Source of the DNA: Thermoanaerobaculia bacterium
GTDB taxonomy: Bacteria; Acidobacteriota; Thermoanaerobaculia; Gp7-AA8
Length of the DNA: 46,640 nt
Direction: 5' to 3'
NCBI GenBank assembly: GCA_046590705.1
Contig: JBKJUK010000256.1
Span: 1-46,640 of the forward strand
Positions 25,922-36,293 of this stretch are shown one piece after another. The notes under the pieces were generated by a model that was given only the letters and a program-made list of their open reading frames with translations, did no database searches and was not told the origin of the DNA. Numbering within the stretch: the stretch's first letter is position 1; each line of letters starts with the position of its first letter. A program made the translations under genes and the position numbers.

Positions 25922-28807
25922 TCAGTCGCTGCTGCCATCACGCGCGATGAGAAGTGCCAGTGGGAATGTTCGCAACAGAGATGCTAAAGGCACCTGTCCC
26001 GATTCGCGGACGCTGACCGTCTCGCCCGTGAAGGCGTTGGTCCATTCTCGCGGTGCCGCGGTCGGAAGGGTAATGAAAGTGTCTTTCCAGATTTCGGCGC
26101 CAATCGGGAATCGCCCCGGGCGAGAGAGCCTGGTCACGAGCCGCGGGACCACTGCCAGCACGGCCTGGTGGTCGGTGCGACGAATGAGACTCACCACGCT
26201 CTCACCGCACGATCCACTCGACAAAAGCGGCTCGTACGATCCGTATCTGAAGACCGAAGGCATGGCGTTCCGAATTGCCAGCGTTCTACTGGTGACGAAC
26301 AACTTGATCTCGCCGTTCTGCCAGTTCCGGAGAAGCGCATTCACCTGAGGTTTGCCGGTCTCGCTCCGGTGACGGTCGAGGATCTCCGTGCGCAGCGCGT
26401 AGTCGACTGGACGACGGTTGTCCGGATCCACCAGACTGAAATCCCACAACTCACTACCCTGATAAAAATCGGGAACTCCCGGTGCAACGCACTTGAGCAG
26501 TAGCGCCGAGATGGAATTCGTCGCTCCATGAAATGACGTAAAGCTCGCGAAGCGGTGAAAATCCTCGAGAAACTCTGTGTTCTCCGCAGACAAAATTCCT
26601 TCGATGAATCTCTTCACCGCAGACTCGTACCCTGCATTCTGCTGCAGCCAGCTCGTATGTACCTTGGCCTCCCGAAGCGCTTTTTCCGCGAACTGCAGCA
26701 TCCGTCCAACCAGCCCTTCCCGTTGACCAGCATCGAATGGCCAGACTCCGACCAGCGACTGATAGATCAGCAACTCTTCGTTTGCATCGGGAATCTGCTG
26801 CCCCCCGATCGAGGTGCGGAACGGCGCGTTCAGCCTCATCCACTTGCGAACGTGTTTCGCCCATCGCTGAGGAATCTCAGAAAGAACATGAATCCGAGCG
26901 CGCGAATCTTCACTTCGTTTCGTGTCGTGAGTGGATGACGCATTCAACGTGGATGGCCAGCTCTCGAGTACGTGCAGATTGTGACGATGAAAGGTTTCGA
27001 CTGCGTCGACTACCGAACTTCCCGGCTCACCACCGACTTCATTCATCGAGATGAGACGGTTGTAGTTGTAGAACGATGTGTCCTCGACCCCTTTGGCCAT
27101 GACCGGTCCGGTGAACTGCTGCCAGCGCATCACAAAACGAAGCCAGGAATCCGCCTGATCAGACGCGTAATGAGGCGGCTCGACCAACAGCACTTTCCTG
27201 ATGAATTCGAACAGGCGATCATCGATTGGAGTCACGCTGCAGGCCAGCAGGCTTGATCCTTCCTCCTGCCGCATCGCTTCATTGCGCTGCCGCGCATGGG
27301 CGATGGCATTTTCGATCCGATCACGATCGCGCGCAGCAATGCTTACATCACGTTCATAGGTGCGATACACGGCCAGGCAGGCTGTGACTTCAGCGAGGGC
27401 TGCATGCAACTCCGAGGGTGAAAAGTCACGCGCGTTTCTTTCCTTACTGGCCAGCTGCCAGAGTGCGTTGCCGAGCCCGCGCATCTCACCGTAGAAGAGA
27501 GTCTCGATGACCAACCTTTTCTTCTGGTACACCATCGATTCGAAATCGCGATCAGTGCCGGTCGTTTCGGCATAAAATTTCGACAGGAGATCGAGTCCGA
27601 CCGGATCAATGAACAGCTGATCACACCTGGCGATGAACTCGTACCCTGTCGTTCCGCTGCAGGCGAAATCAGAAGGTAACGTCTCGTCTGCCGCCAGGAT
27701 CTTTTCGACGAGTACATAAAACCCGAGACGCTTTGCATCAGGGGTCCATCCTCGTCCCAGCCTGGCCTGCAGTTTTCGGAGGTGACTGGCGGGGTCGAAC
27801 AAACCGTCAATGTGATCCACGCGAAGTCCGGTGATTTTCCCCTGCTCCACGAGTTGGATGACTCTGGACATGCGCGCTTCAAAAACTTCCGGTTCTTCGA
27901 CTCGCACTCCAACCAGGTCGGCCACATCGAAGAACCGCCGATAGTTGATGCTTTCACCGGCGATGCGCCAGTAGGCCAGCCGGTACCACTGCAGCTCGAG
28001 TACGTCGTCGAGCGCGTCAAAACTCGGCCTGTCGCCGCCTCTTCCGTTCAGTTGCTCCAGAGCTTTCTGTACTGCTGCGTCGAACGTCGCGTCGCTTCGG
28101 CTGAGACGCCAGAGCGTTTCCTTGAGGAACCTGCTGTTCACCGTCGGCTCGGCTGCGTGGTCTGCTGCCAGAGCAGGCAACCTCTCCACCAGATCGGTGA
28201 GCTCGAGCGCTGCCGTGGTCATGCCTGCGTCCTGTTCCAGGACTTGCAGAATCATGCGAAGAATCGGTGGCCAGGAACGTGTGGAAACGGGGAACTGCCT
28301 GTCGTAGTAGTTGATCGTGAAGCCGCCCTCGTCGAACCGCAGGATCAGCTTTCCACCTTCGAGCTCTTCTCCATACGGTCTGCCGAGAATGGGGAGTAGA
28401 ACCTTCCGTTCCGGACCGCTGTCGAGTGGACTCCAGTCGATGTCGAAGTAATTGACGAAACGGGAGCCCGGTCCGTTCTCCAGGACACTCGTCCACCAGG
28501 CATTATCAGGGCTCGCGGCCATGTGATTAGGAACCACGTCGAGGAGAAACCCCAGCTCGTAACGGCGTGCAGTCGCGCTCAGCTTCTCGAACTCAGACTC
28601 CCCGCCGAGATCTTCACTGATGGCCGTAGAGTCCACCACGTCATAGCCGTGTGAACTTCCGCCGCGGGCCCTGAAGATTGGCGAGGCGTACAGGTCAGTG
28701 ACCCCGAGGTCGGCCAGGTAGCGGGCAATGGACTCTGCCTGCGCGAACGTGAAGTCTCGATTGAATTGCAGACGATACGTTGCCGCAGGAATCCGGAGCT
28801 GGCTCAT
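25922..28807 (-). CDS. treY: Malto-oligosyltrehalose synthase
   Basis: Starts MSQLRIPAATYRLQ (ATGA overlap with treZ). SHGYDVVD, DVVPNHM, NYRRFFD, GLRVDHIDGL, STHDTKRSED and LVDPDNRRPVDY motifs. Confidence 0.95.
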   Translation of the reverse strand: MSQLRIPAATYRLQFNRDFTFAQAESIARYLADLGVTDLYASPIFRARGGSSHGYDVVDSTAISEDLGGESEFEKLSATARRYELGFLLDVVPNHMAASPDNAWWTSVLENGPGSRFVNYFDIDWSPLDSGPERKVLLPILGRPYGEELEGGKLILRFDEGGFTINYYDRQFPVSTRSWPPILRMILQVLEQDAGMTTAALELTDLVERLPALAADHAAEPTVNSRFLKETLWRLSRSDATFDAAVQKALEQLNGRGGDRPSFDALDDVLELQWYRLAYWRIAGESINYRRFFDVADLVGVRVEEPEVFEARMSRVIQLVEQGKITGLRVDHIDGLFDPASHLRKLQARLGRGWTPDAKRLGFYVLVEKILAADETLPSDFACSGTTGYEFIARCDQLFIDPVGLDLLSKFYAETTGTDRDFESMVYQKKRLVIETLFYGEMRGLGNALWQLASKERNARDFSPSELHAALAEVTACLAVYRTYERDVSIAARDRDRIENAIAHARQRNEAMRQEEGSSLLACSVTPIDDRLFEFIRKVLLVEPPHYASDQADSWLRFVMRWQQFTGPVMAKGVEDTSFYNYNRLISMNEVGGEPGSSVVDAVETFHRHNLHVLESWPSTLNASSTHDTKRSEDSRARIHVLSEIPQRWAKHVRKWMRLNAPFRTSIGGQQIPDANEELLIYQSLVGVWPFDAGQREGLVGRMLQFAEKALREAKVHTSWLQQNAGYESAVKRFIEGILSAENTEFLEDFHRFASFTSFHGATNSISALLLKCVAPGVPDFYQGSELWDFSLVDPDNRRPVDYALRTEILDRHRSETGKPQVNALLRNWQNGEIKLFVTSRTLAIRNAMPSVFRYGSYEPLLSSGSCGESVVSLIRRTDHQAVLAVVPRLVTRLSRPGRFPIGAEIWKDTFITLPTAAPREWTNAFTGETVSVRESGQVPLASLLRTFPLALLIARDGSSD

Positions 28808-30669
28808 GACTCTTCGGGTACTTCCAGAAGAAGAAGGAAAGACGCTGCAGGAAGCTCGAGCTCGTACTCGCCCCGTGAGCGCAGCGTCAGCTCGGAAGCC
28901 TCGACCGATCCTCCGAATTCTACTGAGGATGAGTTCAGCTCTACCCGCCAGTTGCCAGCCGGCAGCGGAAGAAACCGACGCGCAGGTTTCTCGGAAAAAT
29001 TGTAGATCGCAGCCACTCGACTCTCGTCGGTTCCTCGCACCATCAGCAATAGACCGCTGCTCTCGAAAGGCCAGGCTGCGGTGGATGAAAGTGAGGGGTC
29101 GGCCAGCGCCGGAAGTTCGAAACGTAACTGCAATAGTCGTTTGTACAAAGTTCTCAGGGCCGACGGCCGCGGCGCGTCCCACTTCCACCCGATCCTCGAT
29201 TGCTCGTACGTGCTCTCTGCGTGCGGATCGGGCACTTCGCCTTTCCATTCGAATCCCGCAAACTCTTCGCGCCTGCCGCGACGGACGGCCTCGACCAGAT
29301 CATCGTCGGAGTGATGCATGAAATAGAGGAAGGGCGCGGTCTCGCCGTATTCCTCCCCCATCCAGAGCATGGGCGTCATCGGAGCCAGCAGCATCACTCC
29401 GGCTGCTAACTTCAGCTTGTCGAAGGAGACTAGCGTCGAAAGGCGCTCTCCGCGCATCCGGTTCCCAACCTGATCATGATTCTGGATCGAGATCACGAAC
29501 TGCTCGCCGCGTCTGGTCGCTGGCGGTGCACCGAATCGGCGCTTTCGGAACTCCGAGTACCTTCCAGCGTAGAGATAACCGTCCCGCAGCACAGTGGCCA
29601 GGTCAGAGACTTTTCCGAAGTCGGCGTAGTAGCTTTCCTGTTCGCCGGTGAGAAGCGTATGCACGGCGTGGTGAAAGTCATCCGCCCAGTGCGCGTCGTA
29701 GCCCAAACCGCCATGCTCCAGCGAGCGCAGAACGATCGGATCGTTCAGGTCACTCTCCGCGAACAGATGCACCATGCGCCCCAGTTGTCGCGCCATCCGA
29801 TGAACCTCGTCTGCGAGTTCCGCAAGAAATGGTCGAGCGGAATGGTCGACGATTGCATGCACGGCGTCGACGCGCAGTCCATCGATGCGAAACTCAGAGA
29901 TCCACATCAGTGCCGATTCGATGAAGAAACTGCGCACCTCGTCGCTGTACTCACCATCGAAGTTGAGCGCCGCTCCCCACGGGGTTCTGTACCGCGCCGT
30001 GAAGTACGGCCCGAAGTCGTTGAGGTAATTGCCCTCAGGACCGAGGTGGTTGTAGACCACGTCGAGAATGACGGCCAGACCTCGCTGATGCGCTGCATCA
30101 ACCAGTCTGCACAACCCTTCACGTCCGCCGTATGAATCCTGCACAGCGAAGGGATAGACGCCGTCATAACCCCAGTTGCGGGTACCTGGAAACTGGGCGA
30201 CGGGCATGAGTTCGACGGCGGTGACGCCGAGGTCGGCCAGTGCGTCGAGACGTTCGATGACGGCGTCGAATGTACCTTCAGAGGTGAACGTGCCCACGTG
30301 TAGTTCGTAGATGACGTAGCCTTCCAGCGGCATGCCCCTCCACTCGTTGGCCACCCATGCAAAGGGCGTCTCATCGGGAACCGAGGTCGGCCCATGAACA
30401 CCCTCGAGTTGAATACGCGAAGCCGGATCGGGTCGGTCTGGCCCACCTGACATTTTGTAGAAGTATTCTGCACCGGGGCCTACTGCATCAGTTTCAAGGT
30501 TGAAGTAGCCGTTCCGACCGCGTTCCATCGGAAGCAACCTTTCAACCGGTGACGTCAGATGGAGCATCACCGAGTCGTGCTGCGGTGCCCATACCCGGAA
30601 GTGTGTGCGATCGTCTTCCAGCTGTTTCGCGCCGAGGCGAAGGCGGTTCTCCCGTAGCTTTCTGGTCAC
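28804..30669 (-). CDS. treZ: Malto-oligosyltrehalose trehalohydrolase
   Basis: GTG 30669 overlaps the glgB stop. FRVWAP, YELHVGTF, NWGYDGV, DVVYNHLGPEGNY, GLRVDAVHAI and QNHDQVGNR motifs. Confidence 0.95.
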   Translation of the reverse strand: MTRKLRENRLRLGAKQLEDDRTHFRVWAPQHDSVMLHLTSPVERLLPMERGRNGYFNLETDAVGPGAEYFYKMSGGPDRPDPASRIQLEGVHGPTSVPDETPFAWVANEWRGMPLEGYVIYELHVGTFTSEGTFDAVIERLDALADLGVTAVELMPVAQFPGTRNWGYDGVYPFAVQDSYGGREGLCRLVDAAHQRGLAVILDVVYNHLGPEGNYLNDFGPYFTARYRTPWGAALNFDGEYSDEVRSFFIESALMWISEFRIDGLRVDAVHAIVDHSARPFLAELADEVHRMARQLGRMVHLFAESDLNDPIVLRSLEHGGLGYDAHWADDFHHAVHTLLTGEQESYYADFGKVSDLATVLRDGYLYAGRYSEFRKRRFGAPPATRRGEQFVISIQNHDQVGNRMRGERLSTLVSFDKLKLAAGVMLLAPMTPMLWMGEEYGETAPFLYFMHHSDDDLVEAVRRGRREEFAGFEWKGEVPDPHAESTYEQSRIGWKWDAPRPSALRTLYKRLLQLRFELPALADPSLSSTAAWPFESSGLLLMVRGTDESRVAAIYNFSEKPARRFLPLPAGNWRVELNSSSVEFGGSVEASELTLRSRGEYELELPAASFLLLLEVPEES

Positions 30670-32930
30670 GGCTTTTCTCGTCGCAGGAAGACCGCCCCCA
30701 GCGGAGGAATCGTGAGATTCAGCGCGAAGCGACGCCCATGCTGAGAGATCGGTGCCGCCTCCACCCTTCCCATGTTCCCCTGACCGCTTCCGCCGTAGAT
30801 CTCTGCATCGCTGTTGAGAATTTCCGTCCAGAAGCCACCCGCATCTGCCCCAATGAGATAGTTCGTGCGCGGGACAGGCGTGAAGTTGAAAGCGGCCACG
30901 ATGTCCTGGTCGCCTTCGAAACCATGACGAATCAGACTGATGACACTCTGCTCTGAATCGTCGCAGTCGATCCATTCGAAGCCGTGCGGATCAGAGTCGC
31001 GGCGATGCATGGCCGGATTGTCGCGGTACATCGCATTCAAATCGGAAACCCAGCGACGCAGAGCCCCGTGAATCGGAAACTCCAGCAGATCCCAGTCCAG
31101 AGCACGGTCATGACTCCACTCCCGCCACTGGCCGATCTCGGCGCCCATGAACAACATCTTCTTTCCGGGCTGTGCATACATGTAGGCGTACAGCAGCCGC
31201 AGATTGGCGAACTTCTGCCAGTCGTCGCCCGGCATCTTATTCAGCAGCGAACCCTTGCCATGAACCACCTCATCGTGGGAGAGCGGCAGCACGAAGTTCT
31301 CGGTGAAGGCGTAGAGCATTCTGAAGGTCAGCTTTCCATGATGGAACCGGCGATGCACCGGCTCGGTGGACATGTATTTGAGCGTGTCATGCATCCAGCC
31401 CATGTCCCACTTCATGCCGAATCCGAGACCTCCAAGGTGCGTCGGACGCGACACCATGGGCCAGGCCGTCGACTCTTCAGCGATGATCTGTGTATCAGGT
31501 GCAATCTGATGGAGGTCCTCGTTCACACGACGCAGGAACGAGATAGCCTCGAGGTTTTCTCTGCCGCCCCACTCATTGGGGATCCACTCGCCTTCCTTCC
31601 GCGAGTAATCGAGATAAAGCATCGAAGCTACGGCGTCCACACGCAACCCGTCCGCGTGGTACTTGTCGACCCAGTAGATGGCGTTGCTGAGCAGGAAACT
31701 ACGAACCTCGTTGCGTCCATAGTTGAAGACCAGGCTTCCCCAATCGGGCTGGAAACCCTGACGCGGGTCTGCATGTTCGAAGAGATGCGTCCCGTCGAAG
31801 TACCCGAGGCCATGTTCGTCGCTCGGAAAGTGCGAAGGTACCCAGTCGAGCAGTACGCCGATCTCCTGCTGATGCAGGTAGTCGATCAGATACATGAGGT
31901 CCTGCGGGGTGCCGAACCTGCTGGTTGGCGCGAAGTATCCGGTGATCTGATAACCCCACGACGCGTAGTATGGATGTTCCATCACCGGCATGAATTGAAC
32001 ATGCGTAAAGTTCATCTCACGCAGGTAAGCAGCGAGTGGTTCGGCGAGATCCCGGTAGCTCAGGGAATGACCGTCGCGATGCATCCACGAGCCTATGTGC
32101 ATTTCGTAGATCGACATCGGCGACTGGAGAGAGTTGCGTTCGCCCCGGCCCTTCATCCACTCGGAGTCTTTCCACTCATACTCGAGATCCCACACAACCG
32201 ATGCGGTCCTCGCCGGCACCTCATGCATGAAGGCGAACGGGTCCGCTTTATCGACGCGGTAACCGTTATGCAGCGAGAGGATGTTGTACTTGTAGACCGT
32301 GCCTCGCTGCAGACCGGGAACGAAACCTTCCCAGAGACCTGAGCCGGCCACCGCCCTGAGTCGATTGACTCCCGGAGTCCAGCCATTGAATTCGCCGGTC
32401 ACCGAGACTTCGGCCGCATTCGGCGCCCAGATCCCGAAGTGAACTCCCTGCACCCCGTCGACCTTGACGACCTGTGATCCCAGTCTCTCGTACAGGCGCT
32501 GATGCGAGCCTTCGTTGAAGAGATAAATGTCCTGCTCCGTGATGAAGCAGGGATTGTCTTCAGAGCGCTCGACGAAGAGCGCCGTTTCTTCGCGGCCAGG
32601 TATACCGACGACATGTGCGCTCTGCTCGGTCGAATGCAGTTGGATCTCATCGGCGTGTGCTCTCAGCGCCCGCTCGCTCTCCAGCACCTCGACGACCGTG
32701 TGGGCCACGGCTGCCATGTCGTTAGCTGCTGCCTGCAGCAGCTTCTTGACGTTCTTCGCAACCTTGGCGATGGCAGGTCTCGAAGGCTTCGAGGTTGCAG
32801 CCTTGCTCTTGCGAGGTGTCGCGCCAGCTCCAGCGCTCATCGTTCGCTTCTTCGGTGATTCAGCGATCACTGGTTTCGTCGGAGTCGCGGTTTTCTTCGT
32901 GACAGGTTTCGGATCTTTCTTGTCAGCCAT
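30666..32930 (-). CDS. glgB: 1,4-alpha-glucan branching enzyme
   Basis: WAPNA, YEMHIGSW, SWGYQ, DWVPSHFP, GLRVDAVASMLY, AEESTAWP and LSHDEVVHGK motifs. Confidence 0.96.
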   Translation of the reverse strand: MADKKDPKPVTKKTATPTKPVIAESPKKRTMSAGAGATPRKSKAATSKPSRPAIAKVAKNVKKLLQAAANDMAAVAHTVVEVLESERALRAHADEIQLHSTEQSAHVVGIPGREETALFVERSEDNPCFITEQDIYLFNEGSHQRLYERLGSQVVKVDGVQGVHFGIWAPNAAEVSVTGEFNGWTPGVNRLRAVAGSGLWEGFVPGLQRGTVYKYNILSLHNGYRVDKADPFAFMHEVPARTASVVWDLEYEWKDSEWMKGRGERNSLQSPMSIYEMHIGSWMHRDGHSLSYRDLAEPLAAYLREMNFTHVQFMPVMEHPYYASWGYQITGYFAPTSRFGTPQDLMYLIDYLHQQEIGVLLDWVPSHFPSDEHGLGYFDGTHLFEHADPRQGFQPDWGSLVFNYGRNEVRSFLLSNAIYWVDKYHADGLRVDAVASMLYLDYSRKEGEWIPNEWGGRENLEAISFLRRVNEDLHQIAPDTQIIAEESTAWPMVSRPTHLGGLGFGMKWDMGWMHDTLKYMSTEPVHRRFHHGKLTFRMLYAFTENFVLPLSHDEVVHGKGSLLNKMPGDDWQKFANLRLLYAYMYAQPGKKMLFMGAEIGQWREWSHDRALDWDLLEFPIHGALRRWVSDLNAMYRDNPAMHRRDSDPHGFEWIDCDDSEQSVISLIRHGFEGDQDIVAAFNFTPVPRTNYLIGADAGGFWTEILNSDAEIYGGSGQGNMGRVEAAPISQHGRRFALNLTIPPLGAVFLRREKP

Positions 32931-32942
32931 CAGGCCCCCACT

Positions 32943-35900
32943 TCAAACATTCGCGGCGAGCAACTGGAGGATTCCTCGAATGGGGATCGCGACCCATGCC
33001 GGACGATTATCGAGCTCGTAAGCGAGCTCGTAGAGCGCCTTCTCGAGGAGATAGATATCAAGCAGGGTGCGCAACTGCTCCTGATCGTCAGGCAGGAAGC
33101 TTCCCTTGCGCGCTGTCCCGAGGTATGAACGAAGAAACATCGCGCTGGACCAGGTCTGCCAGACTCGCGCGGCATCGTCGAGTGCTTCGACGTCCCGCGA
33201 CCGCACCGACGCTCCCGGGGCCTGACCGAAGAGCACAGCATACGGCGCGTAGTGGAAGGAGCGGATCATCCCCGCGACATCCTTCAGCGCAGAGCGTTTG
33301 ATCTTCCTTTCGCTGATCGGCCGGGTGGGCTCGCCTTCAAAATCGACAATGACGAAATCTTTCCCTGTGTTCAGCACCTGCCCGAGGTGATAGTCGCCGT
33401 GCGTACGAATCCGCTGGGCCTCGATCGGGATCGCAGTGCTTCTCTGGAAGCGCGCATGAATTTCCGCCGTTCTTGCCAGAACTTCCTCAGCTTCGGGGCG
33501 CACACCTGCGTCGATGTCTTTCAACTTCTTCTTTAGAAGTTGGAGCGATGAAGTGGTCTGGGCCCGCATGGTCTGGTACAGCGATTTCTGCCAGAAGGGG
33601 TTGAAAGGTACAGGTGCGAAATCGGCGATGTCGGGTCTGGAGGCGAGTGCCAGATGCATCTCGGCGGTGCGCTGACCGATCAGTTCCGCAGATGAGACGA
33701 AGGTCTCGAGAGTTGCTGCGGCGATGGCGTTGATTGGTTGGGCGGCGAGGGCGACCAGGCTGACCTTCGGCAGCACCTCACGCAACTGCACCGGAGTGTA
33801 AGGCTCAACGGCGATCCGATCAAAGTACCGCCCGACCGCATCGAGCGAGAAGCTCCAGGCGTCGCCGCCGTTCGGCACAAACTCCTGCAAAATAGCTAGT
33901 GTGATGGATTCGCCGTTATCGCGCTTGTACTCCAGCGCGCCGGCCAATGCTGGCGTATTTCGAAATTCTGTTTCCTCCATGAGGAAGCGGCTGATCTCGA
34001 GATCGGTGTTGGTCCCTTCCTCGAGTCTTCGGAAAACCTTCATAAAGAATTGGTCACCAAAGAGGATCGACGTATTGGTCTGCTCCGTCTTCAGGCGCCT
34101 CGGTTGGAGTTCCCCGAGGCTTCGTCGTTCCTTCAGAAAGCGGGTACGAAGCGGCGTGGCCTCGCCCGCTTCTCCTCGGAGGCCGCGGCGACCGTTGACC
34201 AGTGCCAGCAGCGCCCGCGCAAATTCCGGGTCCTGCTGACCTTCGTAAATGTATCCGCTTTGCTGTTTGCCTTCGATTCTGGCGATGGTCCCGTCCGGCG
34301 GGCCCGTGACAGCTTCTGTATCGAGTCGGATGGCCAGCGGCAGCGAGTAGATTTCACTGCTGCCGTCGCGATAATCGACCCTGACCGCAGAGAGCCAGCC
34401 GGAGCGGCCGGGTAACTCAATCGCGTCTTCGATCGACACTTTCGAGATCGACCTGCTCTTACTTCCGAACCAGCGCTGAAGCGGCAGGTAGCTGATCAGC
34501 ACATCCTCCAGCTGCGACCTGGCTGGCTCGCGCAACAGGTTCTCGGCGCTGACGTCGCGCAACGTCGGAACCTCGAAAGCAACAGCCTCTGTGGCCACAG
34601 GGAGAGCCGGCTTGTCTTTGAGTACGAGCCAGTAGAAACCATGCGCGGCGATGGTGATGAAGAAGGGTTGCTGGGTGATTTCGGGAAACTCGGCGTGCCC
34701 GAACATCTCGACCGGAATCGCGCCGGCGAACTTTGACAAATCGATCGAAACTCCCTGAATGAATCGAGAGAGATTCGCGACCACCAAAATGGTCTCGTCT
34801 TCATATTGCCTGATGAACGTCAGCACCTTGCGGTTGTCAGGCTGCAGAAACTCGATGGTTCCTCTGCCGAACGTTTTAGTACGCTTTCTCTGATCGATCA
34901 GTCGTTTCGTGAACCATAAAAGCGATTCGGTGTTGTGCTGCTGCGCCTCGACGTTGACCGCCTCGTAGTGGTACTCCGGGTCGATGATCACCGGCAGGTA
35001 CATCCGCTGCGGATTCGCGCGCGAGAACCCTGCGTTTCGATCCGAACTCCACTGCATCGGAGTTCGCACTCCATGCCGGTCTCCGAGATAGATATTGTCG
35101 CCCATTCCGATCTCGTCGCCGTAGTAGATGATCGGTGTTCCAGGGAACGAGAAAAGAAGCGCGTTCATCAACTCGATACGCCGCCTGTGATTGCGCAACA
35201 GTGGTGCGAGCCGCCGCCGGATCCCCAGGTTGATGCGGGCCTGACTGTCCTGGGCGTAGGTGCGATACATGTAGTCGCGATCTTCGTCAGTCACCATCTC
35301 CAGCGTCAGCTCGTCGTGATTTCTAAGGAAAAGAGCCCACTGACTGTTCTCCGGTATTTCAGGAGTCTGGTCGAGAATGTCGATGATCGGAAAACGATCC
35401 TCCATGGCCAGCGCCATGAATAGTCGCGGCATGAGCGGGAAGTGAAACGCGACATGGCACTCGTCGCCGTCTCCGAAATAGGGTCGAACATCTTCAGGCC
35501 ACTGATTCGCTTCTGCCAGCAGCATGCGATTCGTGAAGTTCCCGTCGATGTGTTTCCGCAGCTTCTTCAGGAACTCATGCGTTTCAGGAAGATTCTCGCA
35601 GCTGGTCCCCTCACGTTCGTAAAGATAGGGCACGGCATCCAGACGAAGCCCGTCCACCCCTAACTCCATCCAGAAATCGAGCGCCTGGAAGAGAGCCTTG
35701 TGGACTGCCGGATTATCGAAATTGAGATCGGGCTGATGATGAAAAAACCGATGCCAGTAATAGGACTTTGCCACGGGGTCCCAGGTCCAGTTGGAAGGTT
35801 CGAAATCCTTGAAGATGATTCGTACTTCCTTGTACTTTTCTGGATTGTCGCTCCAGACATAGAAGTCGCGCAGACTGCTGCCAGGCTTCGCTTCGCGAGC

Positions 35901-36293
35901 TTTCTGAAACCAGGGATGCTGATCCGAGGTGTGATTCACCACGAGCTCTGTAATGACCTTGAGACCGCGACGTTTCGCTTCGCGCAGAAAGACCTTGAAG
36001 TCGTTCAGCGTTCCGTAGTTCTCGTTGATGGCTGTGTAGGAGGCGATGTCGTACCCGTCGTCCTTGAGCGGCGATGGATAGAAGGGAAGAAGCCAGAGCG
36101 CGGTAACGCCGAGGTCCTGTAGATAGTCGAGCTTTTGTGTGAGTCCGGCGAAGTCTCCGATCCCGTCACCGCTACTGTCGAAGAAGGCCTTGATGTGCAG
36201 CTGATAGATGACTCCATCTTTGTACCAGAGCGGATCCTCTTCGGCCGCCTGTTCAGAGACTTTCACGGCCATCGGACTTCCCTGTCTTTTCAT
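32943..36293 (-). CDS. treS: Trehalose synthase / maltokinase fusion (TreS-Mak/Pep2)
   Basis: TreS motifs DDGYDI, NHTSDQHPWF, RLDAVPYL, FLRNHDELTLE and NLGIRRRLAP. C-terminal maltokinase motifs EQTNTS, HGDYHLGQV, DFEGEP and EKALYE. Alternative start at 36272. Confidence 0.95.
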   Translation of the reverse strand: MKRQGSPMAVKVSEQAAEEDPLWYKDGVIYQLHIKAFFDSSGDGIGDFAGLTQKLDYLQDLGVTALWLLPFYPSPLKDDGYDIASYTAINENYGTLNDFKVFLREAKRRGLKVITELVVNHTSDQHPWFQKAREAKPGSSLRDFYVWSDNPEKYKEVRIIFKDFEPSNWTWDPVAKSYYWHRFFHHQPDLNFDNPAVHKALFQALDFWMELGVDGLRLDAVPYLYEREGTSCENLPETHEFLKKLRKHIDGNFTNRMLLAEANQWPEDVRPYFGDGDECHVAFHFPLMPRLFMALAMEDRFPIIDILDQTPEIPENSQWALFLRNHDELTLEMVTDEDRDYMYRTYAQDSQARINLGIRRRLAPLLRNHRRRIELMNALLFSFPGTPIIYYGDEIGMGDNIYLGDRHGVRTPMQWSSDRNAGFSRANPQRMYLPVIIDPEYHYEAVNVEAQQHNTESLLWFTKRLIDQRKRTKTFGRGTIEFLQPDNRKVLTFIRQYEDETILVVANLSRFIQGVSIDLSKFAGAIPVEMFGHAEFPEITQQPFFITIAAHGFYWLVLKDKPALPVATEAVAFEVPTLRDVSAENLLREPARSQLEDVLISYLPLQRWFGSKSRSISKVSIEDAIELPGRSGWLSAVRVDYRDGSSEIYSLPLAIRLDTEAVTGPPDGTIARIEGKQQSGYIYEGQQDPEFARALLALVNGRRGLRGEAGEATPLRTRFLKERRSLGELQPRRLKTEQTNTSILFGDQFFMKVFRRLEEGTNTDLEISRFLMEETEFRNTPALAGALEYKRDNGESITLAILQEFVPNGGDAWSFSLDAVGRYFDRIAVEPYTPVQLREVLPKVSLVALAAQPINAIAAATLETFVSSAELIGQRTAEMHLALASRPDIADFAPVPFNPFWQKSLYQTMRAQTTSSLQLLKKKLKDIDAGVRPEAEEVLARTAEIHARFQRSTAIPIEAQRIRTHGDYHLGQVLNTGKDFVIVDFEGEPTRPISERKIKRSALKDVAGMIRSFHYAPYAVLFGQAPGASVRSRDVEALDDAARVWQTWSSAMFLRSYLGTARKGSFLPDDQEQLRTLLDIYLLEKALYELAYELDNRPAWVAIPIRGILQLLAANV

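Noticed and set aside
28808-30975. Long overlaps or extensions of treY (to 29248) and treZ (to 30975)
   Set aside because: The conserved N-termini begin at 28807 and 30669, with 4-nt stop/start overlaps typical of operon coupling.
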